Shown here piece after piece: positions 1 to 8,056 of a DNA stretch of 25,222 nt. Positions within the stretch are counted from its first letter, which is position 1. Each line of letters opens with the position of its first letter. Source of the stretch: a virus (taxonomy: Duplodnaviria > Caudoviricetes); the IMG/VR virus record IMGVR_UViG_3300010362_000101, positions 1 to 25,222 of that record; one strand, given 5' to 3'. Under the pieces are notes generated by a model. The model saw only the letters and a program-made list of their open reading frames with translations, was not told the origin of the DNA and did not search any database. The translations under genes were made by a program, and so were the position numbers.

Positions 1-1
1 C

Positions 2-649
2 TTGCTCCTGGCCGCGCCGCTGGCGTTGAGCACGTGGGGCATCGGTGCCTCCGCCGCCGGAGTCGCCACCGATGTCAGTGCACGCCGGACGGCGCGGCAG
101 GAGGCGGACGCGGCGCCGCGGGCTCGCCGCCATCGTCACCACCGCCGGCACGCCTCGCGCCGGCCGGCGGCCCCCCAGGTGGCGACAACGGCCGCCCGCG
201 CGTCGCGCCCGTCGCCTAGTCCCGAGCCGCCGCCGGCCCCGATCACCCCGCCGCCGCCCCCACCCCCGCCGCCGGAGATCGAGGACCCGCCAGCGGCGCC
301 GGTGCGGGCTCCGGCCCTGCGGGTGGCCGTGGCGTTCACCGAGGCCGAGCCACCCCCGCCCCCGCTGATAATCACCATTCCGGAGGCCACCGCGCGGGCG
401 CAGGTGAGCGAAACGCCGGAGGGTGAGCCGGACTACCTCGGCCGCGCGGCGATCGCTGTAGGCGCCGCCCTGGCCGTCCTGACGGTGCTCGGCGTGCGGC
501 GGTGGCTCCGCTATCGCAATTCACTCATCGGACAATGGAGGAGGCAATGGGCACGGTCGGCACGGTCATCACGGCGGAGACCTACACGCGGGCGCGGGCG
601 GTATTTGACGGCCTCATTGAAAAGGCCGGCGAGTTGGCCGCCGATGTAG
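2..649 (+). CDS. Pro-rich putative membrane-anchored protein, 5' end probably truncated by the window edge
   Basis: ORF open from the window edge. Hydrophobic signal-like start (LLAAPLALSTWGIGASA), Arg/His-rich patch, poly-Pro linker, then a TM-like segment AAIAVGAALAVLTVLGV followed by RRWLR. The 3' end overlaps the next ORF by about 100 nt. Confidence 0.5.
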   Translation: MLLAAPLALSTWGIGASAAGVATDVSARRTARQEADAAPRARRHRHHRRHASRRPAAPQVATTAARASRPSPSPEPPPAPITPPPPPPPPPEIEDPPAAPVRAPALRVAVAFTEAEPPPPPLIITIPEATARAQVSETPEGEPDYLGRAAIAVGAALAVLTVLGVRRWLRYRNSLIGQWRRQWARSARSSRRRPTRGRGRYLTASLKRPASWPPM

Positions 650-879
650 GCGAAACCGTGGCGGAGGTGGCGCGGCTCGAACGTGAGGCGCGCGAGCGTG
701 AGGCGACGATTGAGGCCCTCAACGGCGAACTTGATCAGGTCCGCGCCCGCTGTCTGCAACTCGACAACCGCAACGCCGCCTTGTCGGATGAAGTGGCGCG
801 CCTGGAGGCGGTGGTGACCGCGCAACGCGAATTCCTGGAAAGCTTCCGGCAAGTGGCCGAGAAAATCAAAGCGGCGTGA
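547..879 (+). CDS. Coiled-coil hypothetical protein (110 aa)
   Basis: GGAGGAGG RBS before ATG 547. Heptad-like sequence (VARLEREAREREATIEALNGELDQVRARCLQLDNRNAALSDEVARLE). The stop abuts the next ATG at 881. Confidence 0.7.
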   Translation: MGTVGTVITAETYTRARAVFDGLIEKAGELAADVGETVAEVARLEREAREREATIEALNGELDQVRARCLQLDNRNAALSDEVARLEAVVTAQREFLESFRQVAEKIKAA

Positions 880-880
880 G

Positions 881-1273
881 ATGGTGATGACAGCACGCAA
901 GGCCGATGGTCGCAAGCGGCCCAAGCGGCGCACCGGCGGCACCCGGCTGGTGGCGCGCAAGCGCGGACGGCTGGAGCGGTTGACCACCTACAAGCGGATG
1001 AAGCGGCGCCGGCCGCACCAAGTCCCGGCGGACTTGCCGCCGCGCGTGGTTGATGCGTTCGCCGATCGCGTCTATCTCAACGTGCCGGAACTATCCAACG
1101 CGATGCAACTCTCACGCCCCACCGTGCGCCGCTACATCGATCGCGGCATGTTGCCATTTCGCCTCATCGGCGTTGGCAATCGGCGCAAGCATCGGCTGTT
1201 CACGCTACAGGATGTCAAGGTGTTGTGGCGGCGCATCTCGGCCGAGGGTGCCAAGCCCGGCGAGGTGATGTGA
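881..1273 (+). CDS. Excisionase-like (HTH_17-type) DNA-binding protein with Arg-rich N-terminus
   Basis: YLNVPELSNAMQLSRPTVRRYIDRGMLPFRLIG...HRLFTLQDV matches the winged-HTH Xis/MerR-like pattern. TGATG coupling to the next gene. Confidence 0.75.
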   Translation: MVMTARKADGRKRPKRRTGGTRLVARKRGRLERLTTYKRMKRRRPHQVPADLPPRVVDAFADRVYLNVPELSNAMQLSRPTVRRYIDRGMLPFRLIGVGNRRKHRLFTLQDVKVLWRRISAEGAKPGEVM

Positions 1274-1527
1274 TGCTGGCGAGGAGAAAACGAGCGGAGC
1301 CGACAGAACCACCGGCACCACCGAGCGCACCACGGCCAATGTTGCGCGAGAAGGAGGTGCTCGCGATTCTGCAAGTTGGCCGCAAAACGTTGCAACGGTG
1401 GGTGGCCGCAAAAACATTTCCGGCGCCCGTTGGTCTTAGCGCGCGCCGGATCGCTTGGTATGCCGATGAGGTGGCGGCGTGGCAAAAAACCCGGCCGCTC
1501 CGCCGCGTTTCATCTCACGACACGTAG
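1273..1527 (+). CDS. AlpA-family regulator / recombination directionality factor
   Basis: MLREKEVLAILQVGRKTLQRWVAAKTFPAPVGLSARRIAWYADEVAAW is the classic AlpA pattern. ATG at 1273 overlaps the upstream TGA. Converges on the integrase with an 18-nt overlap. Confidence 0.85.
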   Translation: MLARRKRAEPTEPPAPPSAPRPMLREKEVLAILQVGRKTLQRWVAAKTFPAPVGLSARRIAWYADEVAAWQKTRPLRRVSSHDT

Positions 1528-2916
1528 AGGCTTGCGCCTTGGTTCGAGGCCCACAATGCGCCTGATTTCCTCCTCTAGCACGCGCACGGCCACGCGCTTT
1601 TCGTTGATCGATTCCGAGTGATCGTAATGCTTTTGCGTCACCGCCGGGAGCATGATCTTGTCGCCATGATGGTTGAGCAAAATCGGGATATGGATTTTGT
1701 GCACACGTGGCGTTTCGCCGTCATCCTCCACGGCACTGGCAACGAGCGTTGCCGCCGTGCGCCGGAGATCGTGCGGCGTGAACCAATCCGCGCCATTGCG
1801 CTCCGCGATCTTGTCGAGGCCGAGAAATTCGATGATGCCGGCGCGCGGCGTTTTGCCGTCATGTCGTCCGGCCAACGCCTGCGACAGCGTATGGCGCGCG
1901 ATCGGGCCGCGATCACCGAACCGCGACGCGAACACCGCCGGCTGATCCTCGGCGGTGTCCCGGATGGCCTCACGGTAAATCTCCATCGCGAGTTCCGACA
2001 TCGCCGCCTTATAGGCCGCGGCTTTCTGTTTCTTTTTCGTTGCCTTGACGCCGGTGCGGTCACCGGGGAGTTGATAAACCGGACCGCCCTTAAATTGGAT
2101 GATGTCGGTTTTGAGCATGCTCGCCACCTCGGCCGGCCGGCGCGCCGTCACAAGGATCATCTTGAGCGCCAGCGCCACCGCGCGCTCGCATGGCAGATCA
2201 ATGCGATCGAGGCCGCGCCAGAATATGCGCAACTCCTCCTCGGTCAAAACACGCTCGCGCTCCTCGCCGCCGGTGCCATGGTGATCAACGTCGGCGAACG
2301 GATTGGCGGTGACGTAGCCGTTGGAATCCTGAGCCCACTTAAAAAGTTTGTGCAACACGGATTGCACACGATCCACGGCAACAGGGATTTGCTTTTTCAT
2401 CCACTTGAGGAGGTCGATCGCGTCCTCGCGCGTGATGGTGGTGATGTCGCGATCGCCCCACCGCTTGCGTGGCCGCTTCAAATAACCGACATCGTTTTTC
2501 CAGGATTTTTTCTGTTTCTTGGCGTACTCCTCTATGTACTCATCAGCCACTTGATTGAACGTGCGCCGCCTGAGCGCGGCCGCCGCGGCCGCCGCGGCTT
2601 TCGCCTTCTCCTCGGCGTGTACCGCATGCGGCGCGCGACGCTGGCGGAGTTGCTCACGCCAGTGCCCCACCTCCTCGCGCGCCTTGGCCAGCGTCAATTG
2701 CCCCGCCTTGTGGCCATACTCGCCGAGCCGGAGGCGGTGTTGCTTGCCGTCCCACGAGTAGCGCAGGCCGAACGTTTTGGTGAGCACGCTGTCGCCGGCC
2801 GAGGTGATGCGCAACACCAAACCATCGGCCTTGGTGTCGCTCCACTGTGCGATCTCGGTCTCGCCCTTGATCCATTCATCGGTGAACAGCTTGCGCCGCT
2901 TCTCACGCTTTTGCAT
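1510..2916 (-). CDS. int: Tyrosine recombinase / phage integrase (P4-like, N-terminal arm-binding domain)
   Basis: N-terminal arm domain (DTKADGLVLRIT...KTFGLRYSWDGKQHRLRLGEY...TLAKARE). Catalytic residues present: TARRPAEV (R), TKK (K), HDLRRT (H-x-x-R), LLNH (H), KHYD (Y). GAGGGG RBS. Confidence 0.95.
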   Translation of the reverse strand: MQKREKRRKLFTDEWIKGETEIAQWSDTKADGLVLRITSAGDSVLTKTFGLRYSWDGKQHRLRLGEYGHKAGQLTLAKAREEVGHWREQLRQRRAPHAVHAEEKAKAAAAAAAALRRRTFNQVADEYIEEYAKKQKKSWKNDVGYLKRPRKRWGDRDITTITREDAIDLLKWMKKQIPVAVDRVQSVLHKLFKWAQDSNGYVTANPFADVDHHGTGGEERERVLTEEELRIFWRGLDRIDLPCERAVALALKMILVTARRPAEVASMLKTDIIQFKGGPVYQLPGDRTGVKATKKKQKAAAYKAAMSELAMEIYREAIRDTAEDQPAVFASRFGDRGPIARHTLSQALAGRHDGKTPRAGIIEFLGLDKIAERNGADWFTPHDLRRTAATLVASAVEDDGETPRVHKIHIPILLNHHGDKIMLPAVTQKHYDHSESINEKRVAVRVLEEEIRRIVGLEPRRKPLRVVR

Positions 2917-2985
2917 TCCCCTCGCTCCTGTCGTGGTTGCAGTTGGTTGGCGGCAACCCCCAGTCTTTTTTCGAGGCCGCCGCTT

Positions 2986-3006
2986 GTCAGGACTAGGTCA
3001 GGACTA
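2986..3006 (+). repeat. Paired direct repeats GTCAGGACTA-G-GTCAGGACTA, putative integrase arm-type sites (left arm)
   Basis: Perfect 10-bp direct repeat with an 11-bp period, about 145 bp left of the att core. Confidence 0.65.
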
Positions 3007-3150
3007 ATTTTAGTGACCTGCCTTGGCCCTCAACGATACATAATGACCCATGCTCTGAGTTCAAGTAAGCCCCACGCCATCGGTATAATTTGTATCATGG
3101 TGAGCCATTACGGGTCTAGAGTAGTCCACTCACGATGTCAAGAAACCCTT

Positions 3151-3195
3151 CTGGGGGACTGGGGGTCCGGGGTTCAAATCCCCGCGCTCCGACCA
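3151..3195 (+). other. att core (attP-like): 3' half of tRNA-Pro(GGG)
   Basis: CTGGGGG (anticodon loop, GGG) - ACTGG - GGGTC - CGGGG TTCAAAT CCCCG (T arm) - CGCTCCG - A - CCA. The 5' half of the tRNA (acceptor 5' strand, D arm) is absent. Lies next to the integrase start. Confidence 0.9.
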
Positions 3196-3258
3196 AAAAA
3201 GAAAGAAAAAACAAGATGATAGGCGCCCACACCAAAATACCACAATAAGACGAAACCG

Positions 3259-3280
3259 CCGGGGACTGGGCCGGGACTAA
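3259..3280 (+). repeat. Paired imperfect direct repeats CCGGGGACTGG/GCCGGGACTAA, putative arm-type sites (right arm)
   Basis: Same GGACT core, 11-bp period and orientation as the pair at 2986-3006. Confidence 0.55.
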
Positions 3281-3293
3281 ATCGGAGGAGAAA

Positions 3294-3956
3294 ATGCCCG
3301 AACTCAACGCCTCGATCCGCGCCATCCACCTGCCCGGCCGCATGCGGCACTTGCCGATCAGCGCCACCGGCTACCCGGTGCCGTGGTTCGTCGGCTGGCT
3401 GGATGGCGAGCCCGACTTTCGCGTGATCGGCCCCGGCCGGCTCGGCCGCGCCGCGCGCGCCGATCTCTGTTGGCTGTGCGGCCAGACGCTCGGCCGGTTC
3501 AAAGCCTTCACGATCGGACCGATGTGCGCGGTGAACCGGATCAGCGCCGAGCCGCCATCACACCGCGAGTGTGCCGAGTATGCCGTCAAGGCGTGTCCGT
3601 TCCTCACCCGGCCGCGCATGCGGCGCAACGAGAAAGACATCCCCGAGGAGGCCGAGGCGCCGGCCGGGATCGGCCTTAAGCGCAATCCCGGCGTGACTCT
3701 CATCTGGATAACCAAGAGCTACCGGCTGGTGGGCCAGCCCGGCGGCGGAGTATTGTTCGCGGTCGGAGCGCCGGAGACGCTCCATTTTTACGCCGAGGGG
3801 CGGCGCGCGACGCGGGAGGAAATCATGGCCTCGATCGATTCCGGCCTGCCGCATCTCCGCCAGATTGCCGAGATCGAGGGGCGGGATGCGATCGTGGCCC
3901 TGGAGCACCAATTGCGCGCCGCCATGCACCTGATCGATGCCGCGGTGGCGGCATGA
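3294..3956 (+). CDS. Phage hypothetical protein with Cys/His cluster (possible metal-binding)
   Basis: GGAGGAG RBS. Motifs PVPWFV...PDFRVI, CWLCG, GPMC, PPSHREC, ACPFL. ATGA overlap with the next gene. Confidence 0.8.
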   Translation: MPELNASIRAIHLPGRMRHLPISATGYPVPWFVGWLDGEPDFRVIGPGRLGRAARADLCWLCGQTLGRFKAFTIGPMCAVNRISAEPPSHRECAEYAVKACPFLTRPRMRRNEKDIPEEAEAPAGIGLKRNPGVTLIWITKSYRLVGQPGGGVLFAVGAPETLHFYAEGRRATREEIMASIDSGLPHLRQIAEIEGRDAIVALEHQLRAAMHLIDAAVAA

Positions 3957-4186
3957 GCGCGCCGGCCGTTCTGAGCCTCTGGACCATCTATGACCACCCG
4001 CGCGACTATCCCGATCATTTCGTGGCGCGGCGATCGGAGGTGCTCATGGGTGGCGCGATCGGCACCACCAATGATATGTACACCGCGCCGACGCTGGCCG
4101 AGGTGCGCGCGCTCTTGCCGTTCGGCCTCACTCGGCTCCCGCGCCAGTTGGCTGATGATCCGGTGATTGTGGAGGTGTGGGTGTGA
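3953..4186 (+). CDS. Small phage hypothetical protein (77 aa)
   Basis: Translationally coupled at both ends (ATGA, TGATG). Sequence WTIYDHPRDYPDHFVARR...DDPVIVEVW looks globular. Confidence 0.75.
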   Translation: MSAPAVLSLWTIYDHPRDYPDHFVARRSEVLMGGAIGTTNDMYTAPTLAEVRALLPFGLTRLPRQLADDPVIVEVWV

Positions 4187-4317
4187 TGAGCGAGGCCGAT
4201 CCGATCCTTGCGGCATTCCAGGCCGGCCGCTGTCCCGACTGCGGCGGTGCAGAATTTCGCCCCGGCCCGCGCGGCGGCAGCGGCGCGCGTGTGCAGATCG
4301 AGCCGGAGGCGCAATGA
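4186..4317 (+). CDS. 43-aa ORF with a single CPDCG knuckle (possibly a truncated Zn-ribbon protein); not in the ORF track
   Basis: MSEADPILAAFQAGRCPDCGGAEFRPGPRGGSGARVQIEPEAQ*. GGAGG upstream. TGATG overlap at the start and ATGA overlap at the end exactly fill the gap. Confidence 0.6.
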   Translation: MSEADPILAAFQAGRCPDCGGAEFRPGPRGGSGARVQIEPEAQ

Positions 4318-5087
4318 TCCGCACGTTGATGCTCGCAGTGTTGATGTTGACCGCGCCCTCGGCGGCCGTGGCGGCGTCGGGCTCATACTTTGCCGCGCCG
4401 AATGGCGTGGATAGTGGCCCGTGTTCGCAGGCGCAGCCGTGCACGCCGCAAGGCGCCTTCATGCGCTGTCGCGCCGATGCTCCGGCGGGTGATGTCTGCA
4501 ACATCCAACTCGCGCCCGGCGACTACATCGATCCCGGAATCAATGTTTTTTATTACCGCTTTGCGAGCTTCTCTGGCGATTGCAAGGACCCGTCCGCGGT
4601 GCGCCTCATCGGCACTATACCGGGCTCGACTCTCGCATGGGTCCAGGATCACGCCATCGGAATTTTTAGCTGTATGCAACTCGTGGCGCACGTCGGCGGC
4701 GTCATCGGCATTGCCGGCCGGCAACACGTGATCGTTGATTACGGCAACATCATTTTTGGCAACATGGAAAAGCACGTTTCGCTCAACGAGTTTTCCATTG
4801 CGTCATGCGTTGGTCCGGTGATGATCGCCGGCAACGCCGCGGTGCATGCCGATGTGAATAGCATGTCCAAGTTAAACATGCTCGCCTGCCCGTTCACCAT
4901 TAACGGCGTTTTCAGCATCGGCTATTTCATCAACGCTGGCACGTGGTCGGTGGTTGCGGCGCAGGGAGCGACCTTCAGGGGCGATTTTTTCATCACCGGA
5001 ACGCAGTGCAATTCGTTCTACGCGATAGTGTCCCCGCCGCAGAACCATCAGCCATTTCCCGGCACCACGCCGGGCAATTGCCAGTGA
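4314..5087 (+). CDS. Secreted putative beta-helix protein similar to the tail-fibre head domain
   Basis: GGAGG RBS. Sec signal MIRTLMLAVLMLTAPSAAVA. YFAAPNGVDSGPC...NIQLAPGDY N-cap motif typical of right-handed beta-helix proteins. Ends QPFPGTTPG. Confidence 0.7.
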   Translation: MIRTLMLAVLMLTAPSAAVAASGSYFAAPNGVDSGPCSQAQPCTPQGAFMRCRADAPAGDVCNIQLAPGDYIDPGINVFYYRFASFSGDCKDPSAVRLIGTIPGSTLAWVQDHAIGIFSCMQLVAHVGGVIGIAGRQHVIVDYGNIIFGNMEKHVSLNEFSIASCVGPVMIAGNAAVHADVNSMSKLNMLACPFTINGVFSIGYFINAGTWSVVAAQGATFRGDFFITGTQCNSFYAIVSPPQNHQPFPGTTPGNCQ

Positions 5088-5708
5088 TCAGGCGACAACC
5101 GGCCGCGCGATCTCGGCAAACGCCATGACATGCCCGGCGTAGATTTGCGCCGCCGTCCCGGCGCCGTTGTAGCGGCGCACCGCGTCGCGGGTATCGCCCC
5201 CCGCCGCCCTGAATGTGCGATCTAGCTCGCGCGTGGCGCGCTCAAGGCACGGCCCCATGCGGTGCCACATGCGTTGCTCGAAAAATTCCCGATCGGTTTG
5301 CACGTGCTGGAGATCATACTGGAAAATTCCGAACCCTTTGTAGATGATGTGCGCCGCCGACAATCCGCGCAGCGCCCGCGCCCGGTTGGTCTCGATGATC
5401 AGTTTTTCGGTGAACGCGTTGCCGTAGGCGGCGCGGAATGCTGCGGTGTTGCGCGGAAATGCCTTGCGCCCGTGGCCGGGAACGTCGCCGCTCGCGTCGC
5501 CGATCAACAGCGGCAACAGCGTTGCCGCCTCCATCTTGTCGGCGCGCGGAATCCAGATGAACCCGGTTTCCTTGCACGCGATGGCGCAGAGAATATCGGC
5601 GCCGTAGGGCTTGCCGGCGACCGCCTTGGCAATGTCGTCGGCGAAATTCCCCATGAGCCAACGCGTGCCCTTGGTCACCTGTGCGCGTGACAGTGGAAGC
5701 TTGGCCAT
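5088..5708 (-). CDS. Lysozyme-like / lytic transglycosylase-type muralytic enzyme (second endolysin candidate)
   Basis: AIACKETG (catalytic Glu position), GFGIFQYD and AVRRYNG correspond to SLT-like motifs I-III. GAGGG RBS 6 nt before ATG 5708. Confidence 0.7.
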   Translation of the reverse strand: MAKLPLSRAQVTKGTRWLMGNFADDIAKAVAGKPYGADILCAIACKETGFIWIPRADKMEAATLLPLLIGDASGDVPGHGRKAFPRNTAAFRAAYGNAFTEKLIIETNRARALRGLSAAHIIYKGFGIFQYDLQHVQTDREFFEQRMWHRMGPCLERATRELDRTFRAAGGDTRDAVRRYNGAGTAAQIYAGHVMAFAEIARPVVA

Positions 5709-5771
5709 CAACATCCCTCGCAAATCGGCGGTGGCGGCGGCGGATAGGGCGGCAACGGTTCGACGCGCGAC

Positions 5772-5993
5772 TCACCGGAGGAGCGCAGGAGGCCGAACCG
5801 AGCCTCCATGGCCGGCGAGGAGCGACAACACGCCGATCAGCACGAGAATCAGCGCCACGATCCACACCAATTGTTCAATGCGCGGCGGGATCGGCGTGAA
5901 CACCTTGATGCCGTAGAGCACCAGCCACACCACGCCGAGCAAGACGATCACCCCGAGCGCCAGCCACAGAATCGAAATCGCAAGCTCGATCAT
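5772..5993 (-). CDS. Small two-TM membrane protein (holin candidate)
   Basis: 73 aa with two long hydrophobic helices separated by PIPPRIEQ. GAGGAGG RBS. Lies directly upstream of the muralytic enzyme. Confidence 0.7.
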   Translation of the reverse strand: MIELAISILWLALGVIVLLGVVWLVLYGIKVFTPIPPRIEQLVWIVALILVLIGVLSLLAGHGGSVRPPALLR

Positions 5994-6142
5994 TTCTTGG
6001 CCTCCTCTTTGGTGGCCGGTGGCGGCGCGGCCGGCGGCTCCGGTGCCGGCTCGGGCTCGCGCGGCGGCCGATCGAGCGGCGCGCCGGATGCGATTTGTTG
6101 CATCAAGGCGATTTGCGTCATGATGAAATTGAAACCTGCCAT
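5990..6142 (-). CDS. 50-aa Pro-rich hypothetical protein; not in the ORF track
   Basis: MAGFNFIMTQIALMQQIASGAPLDRPPREPEPAPEPPAAPPPATKEEAKK*. GGAGG RBS. ATGA overlap with the 5993 gene. Confidence 0.55.
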   Translation of the reverse strand: MAGFNFIMTQIALMQQIASGAPLDRPPREPEPAPEPPAAPPPATKEEAKK

Positions 6143-6153
6143 CACGGCCTCCA

Positions 6154-7512
6154 CTAAAGCACCTGTCCGCCCGTGTTCTGATATCCCGGCAGATCACCGG
6201 GGATCGGTTGGCCGCCGAAATACGCCACCGAGTTGGCAGTCACGCCGTACTTAACGCCGCGCGTGTTGGTGGTGACAACGGTGGCGCCGACATAGGAAAA
6301 TTGGCTCAACATATCCACCTCAATGCTCGCCGCCGCCGCCGTTGTGTTTAGGAACGTCAAATTCGATCCGGGAGTGCCGCCGAAAAAGTTGCCCTGCGCC
6401 TGACAGTAAATAAGATATTCATAGGTGCCACCCGCGCCATCGATCACCAAGGAATCCCGGAACGTGAGGATGCCGTTGGCGCTCACCACGATGAACGTGG
6501 CGCGATTGTTTCCGATCGTCACCTCAAATCGGCAATTCCAAAGCTGGACTTGCGCGCCGCCGGTGCACGCAAAGGCCCAATGGCGTATCGGCGCCGTTGA
6601 GTCCATCACGAACGTGATGCCTTGGATGGAGGTGTTGGCTTGGTTCGAGATGCCGCCGCTGTAACGCTCGGAGCCCGTCGTCAATCCGCGAATGCGGTAC
6701 TGGCTCGCGTTGGTGATGTCGCCAATGATGTTGAGATTGCCGCTAAACGAACCGAGGTAAAACGCTTCATAGGTGCCGGGAATTCCGAGTCTGATGTTGA
6801 GCGTGAATAGCGGCGTCTGCAAATATTTACCGCCCACCACCTGAAACGCGCGATCGATCGTGCGGAATGCCCTTTGCGGCGTGTTGGCGGTGCCGTCGCC
6901 TGTATCGTCGTTGCCATCTGTTCTCACCCATGCGTCAACGGCGCCAATGAGCAAGATCGGCACTTGCGAGCGCACGAGATAAGGGACAAAAAACTGCCCA
7001 CCGCGCGCCACGATGATTTGCGGGATGTCCGCCGGAAAATCCTCGGCCCGTAGCTGTTGCCCGTCATTACGCAACACCGGAGCCGGGCCAACACCATTGA
7101 GATTGATCGTTATCGGGCCGGTGTTGGTGATGGCCGGCGCCACGCGCAGGCACATGAAATCGTTGTAGCTGGTGGCCGGTGGATCGAGTGTGCCGACATA
7201 GGCGCTCGGCCCGGCAGTGAGGAGCGCGCCAACCGTGCGCCCGCGTTGGATGAGATATTCCGAGCCGAGCAACAGATTGGTGAGCCGGCCGGGATCATAG
7301 TGCACCTCGGCCTTGTCAACGAGCGCCAGATTTTCCGAGATCAGCGAGTTGACCACCTCCGGCCGCAGGCGCACATCGCACCCGTTGCCGTAGTAGAGCG
7401 CGCTCGTGTTGACGGGATAGTGCACCGGCGGGAAAGCGTTGGCGGGATTGTTCGGGCTCGCCGGGTTTGGTGGCAGGCCGCCGTCATTGGAATTGGGATG
7501 CCATCCGGACAT
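6154..7512 (-). CDS. Tail fibre / tailspike 2 (receptor-binding protein with putative beta-helix head)
   Basis: N-terminal anchor shared with fibre 1. NTGPITINLNGVGPAPVLRNDGQQL fibre module. WVRTDGNDDTGDG...AFRTIDRA...IRLGIPGTY beta-helix N-cap. Confidence 0.8.
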   Translation of the reverse strand: MSGWHPNSNDGGLPPNPASPNNPANAFPPVHYPVNTSALYYGNGCDVRLRPEVVNSLISENLALVDKAEVHYDPGRLTNLLLGSEYLIQRGRTVGALLTAGPSAYVGTLDPPATSYNDFMCLRVAPAITNTGPITINLNGVGPAPVLRNDGQQLRAEDFPADIPQIIVARGGQFFVPYLVRSQVPILLIGAVDAWVRTDGNDDTGDGTANTPQRAFRTIDRAFQVVGGKYLQTPLFTLNIRLGIPGTYEAFYLGSFSGNLNIIGDITNASQYRIRGLTTGSERYSGGISNQANTSIQGITFVMDSTAPIRHWAFACTGGAQVQLWNCRFEVTIGNNRATFIVVSANGILTFRDSLVIDGAGGTYEYLIYCQAQGNFFGGTPGSNLTFLNTTAAAASIEVDMLSQFSYVGATVVTTNTRGVKYGVTANSVAYFGGQPIPGDLPGYQNTGGQVL

Positions 7513-7523
7513 CGCTTTGCCCT

Positions 7524-7817
7524 CTATTGGTGCCCGCTCGGTGGATCACTCTGCAAGCGATATTGTCCCGGCGCCGCCGTGCACAATTTCATCACCGCCT
7601 CGAAATGTGCCGCCGTTTGCTCCATCAGTTGTTTGAGGTGTGTCGAATTGTTCTGTGCCAGGAGATTCAAAAAGTAGAGCGCGGCGACGATGCCAACGAC
7701 ATTGAGCACCACGATGCCGAGCAAGAGCGGCTGGCCCCTGAAACCTCCAACCACATCCTCGGCGACGCGGCCAACCACCTGGACCGTTGATTGCGGCTGC
7801 GAACGATCATCGCTCAT
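7524..7817 (-). CDS. Single-TM lysis-cassette membrane protein (holin/antiholin or spanin-like)
   Basis: QPLLLGIVVLNVVGIVAALYFL TM segment. ATGA-coupled to its upstream paralogue. Confidence 0.65.
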   Translation of the reverse strand: MSDDRSQPQSTVQVVGRVAEDVVGGFRGQPLLLGIVVLNVVGIVAALYFLNLLAQNNSTHLKQLMEQTAAHFEAVMKLCTAAPGQYRLQSDPPSGHQ

Positions 7818-8056
7818 TGTGGTGCGTCCCTCTGCGGCGCCGCCGGGTAGCAACCCGCCAGCAACTTGGCCACGTCGAGTCGGTTTTGATACATCAACGC
7901 CATCTCGGCGTTGCGTTGCTTCGACGCTTCGATGCCGGTGTAATACAGGAACCCGAGTAGACCGAGATTCATCACCACCAGCGCCAGCGACAACGGTTGC
8001 GCTTTCAGCGCATCAAAAAATCCGCGCACTCCCTCGGTGACGGGGCCGCCGTTCAT
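7814..8056 (-). CDS. Single-TM lysis-cassette membrane protein (paralogue of 7524-7817)
   Basis: QPLSLALVVMNLGLLGFLYY TM segment. ATGA-coupled to the GH25 endolysin. Confidence 0.65.
   Translation of the reverse strand: MNGGPVTEGVRGFFDALKAQPLSLALVVMNLGLLGFLYYTGIEASKQRNAEMALMYQNRLDVAKLLAGCYPAAPQRDAPQ

Noticed and set aside
2945-2971. Hairpin GGTTG-GCGG-CAACC with a downstream T run as a terminator
   Set aside because: The stem is only 5 bp and is separated from the T tract, which is too weak to call.
3120-3195. Complete tRNA gene
   Set aside because: Only the 3' half is present. There is no 5' acceptor strand or D arm, and the 5' anticodon stem (expected CCAGT) is replaced by CCCTT.
1618-3219. 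533-aa + strand ORF and similar long antisense ORFs (e.g. 9669-10457, 11669-12673, 18171-19013)
   Set aside because: These are shadow ORFs opposite well-supported genes, as expected in high-GC DNA, and show no recognisable motifs.
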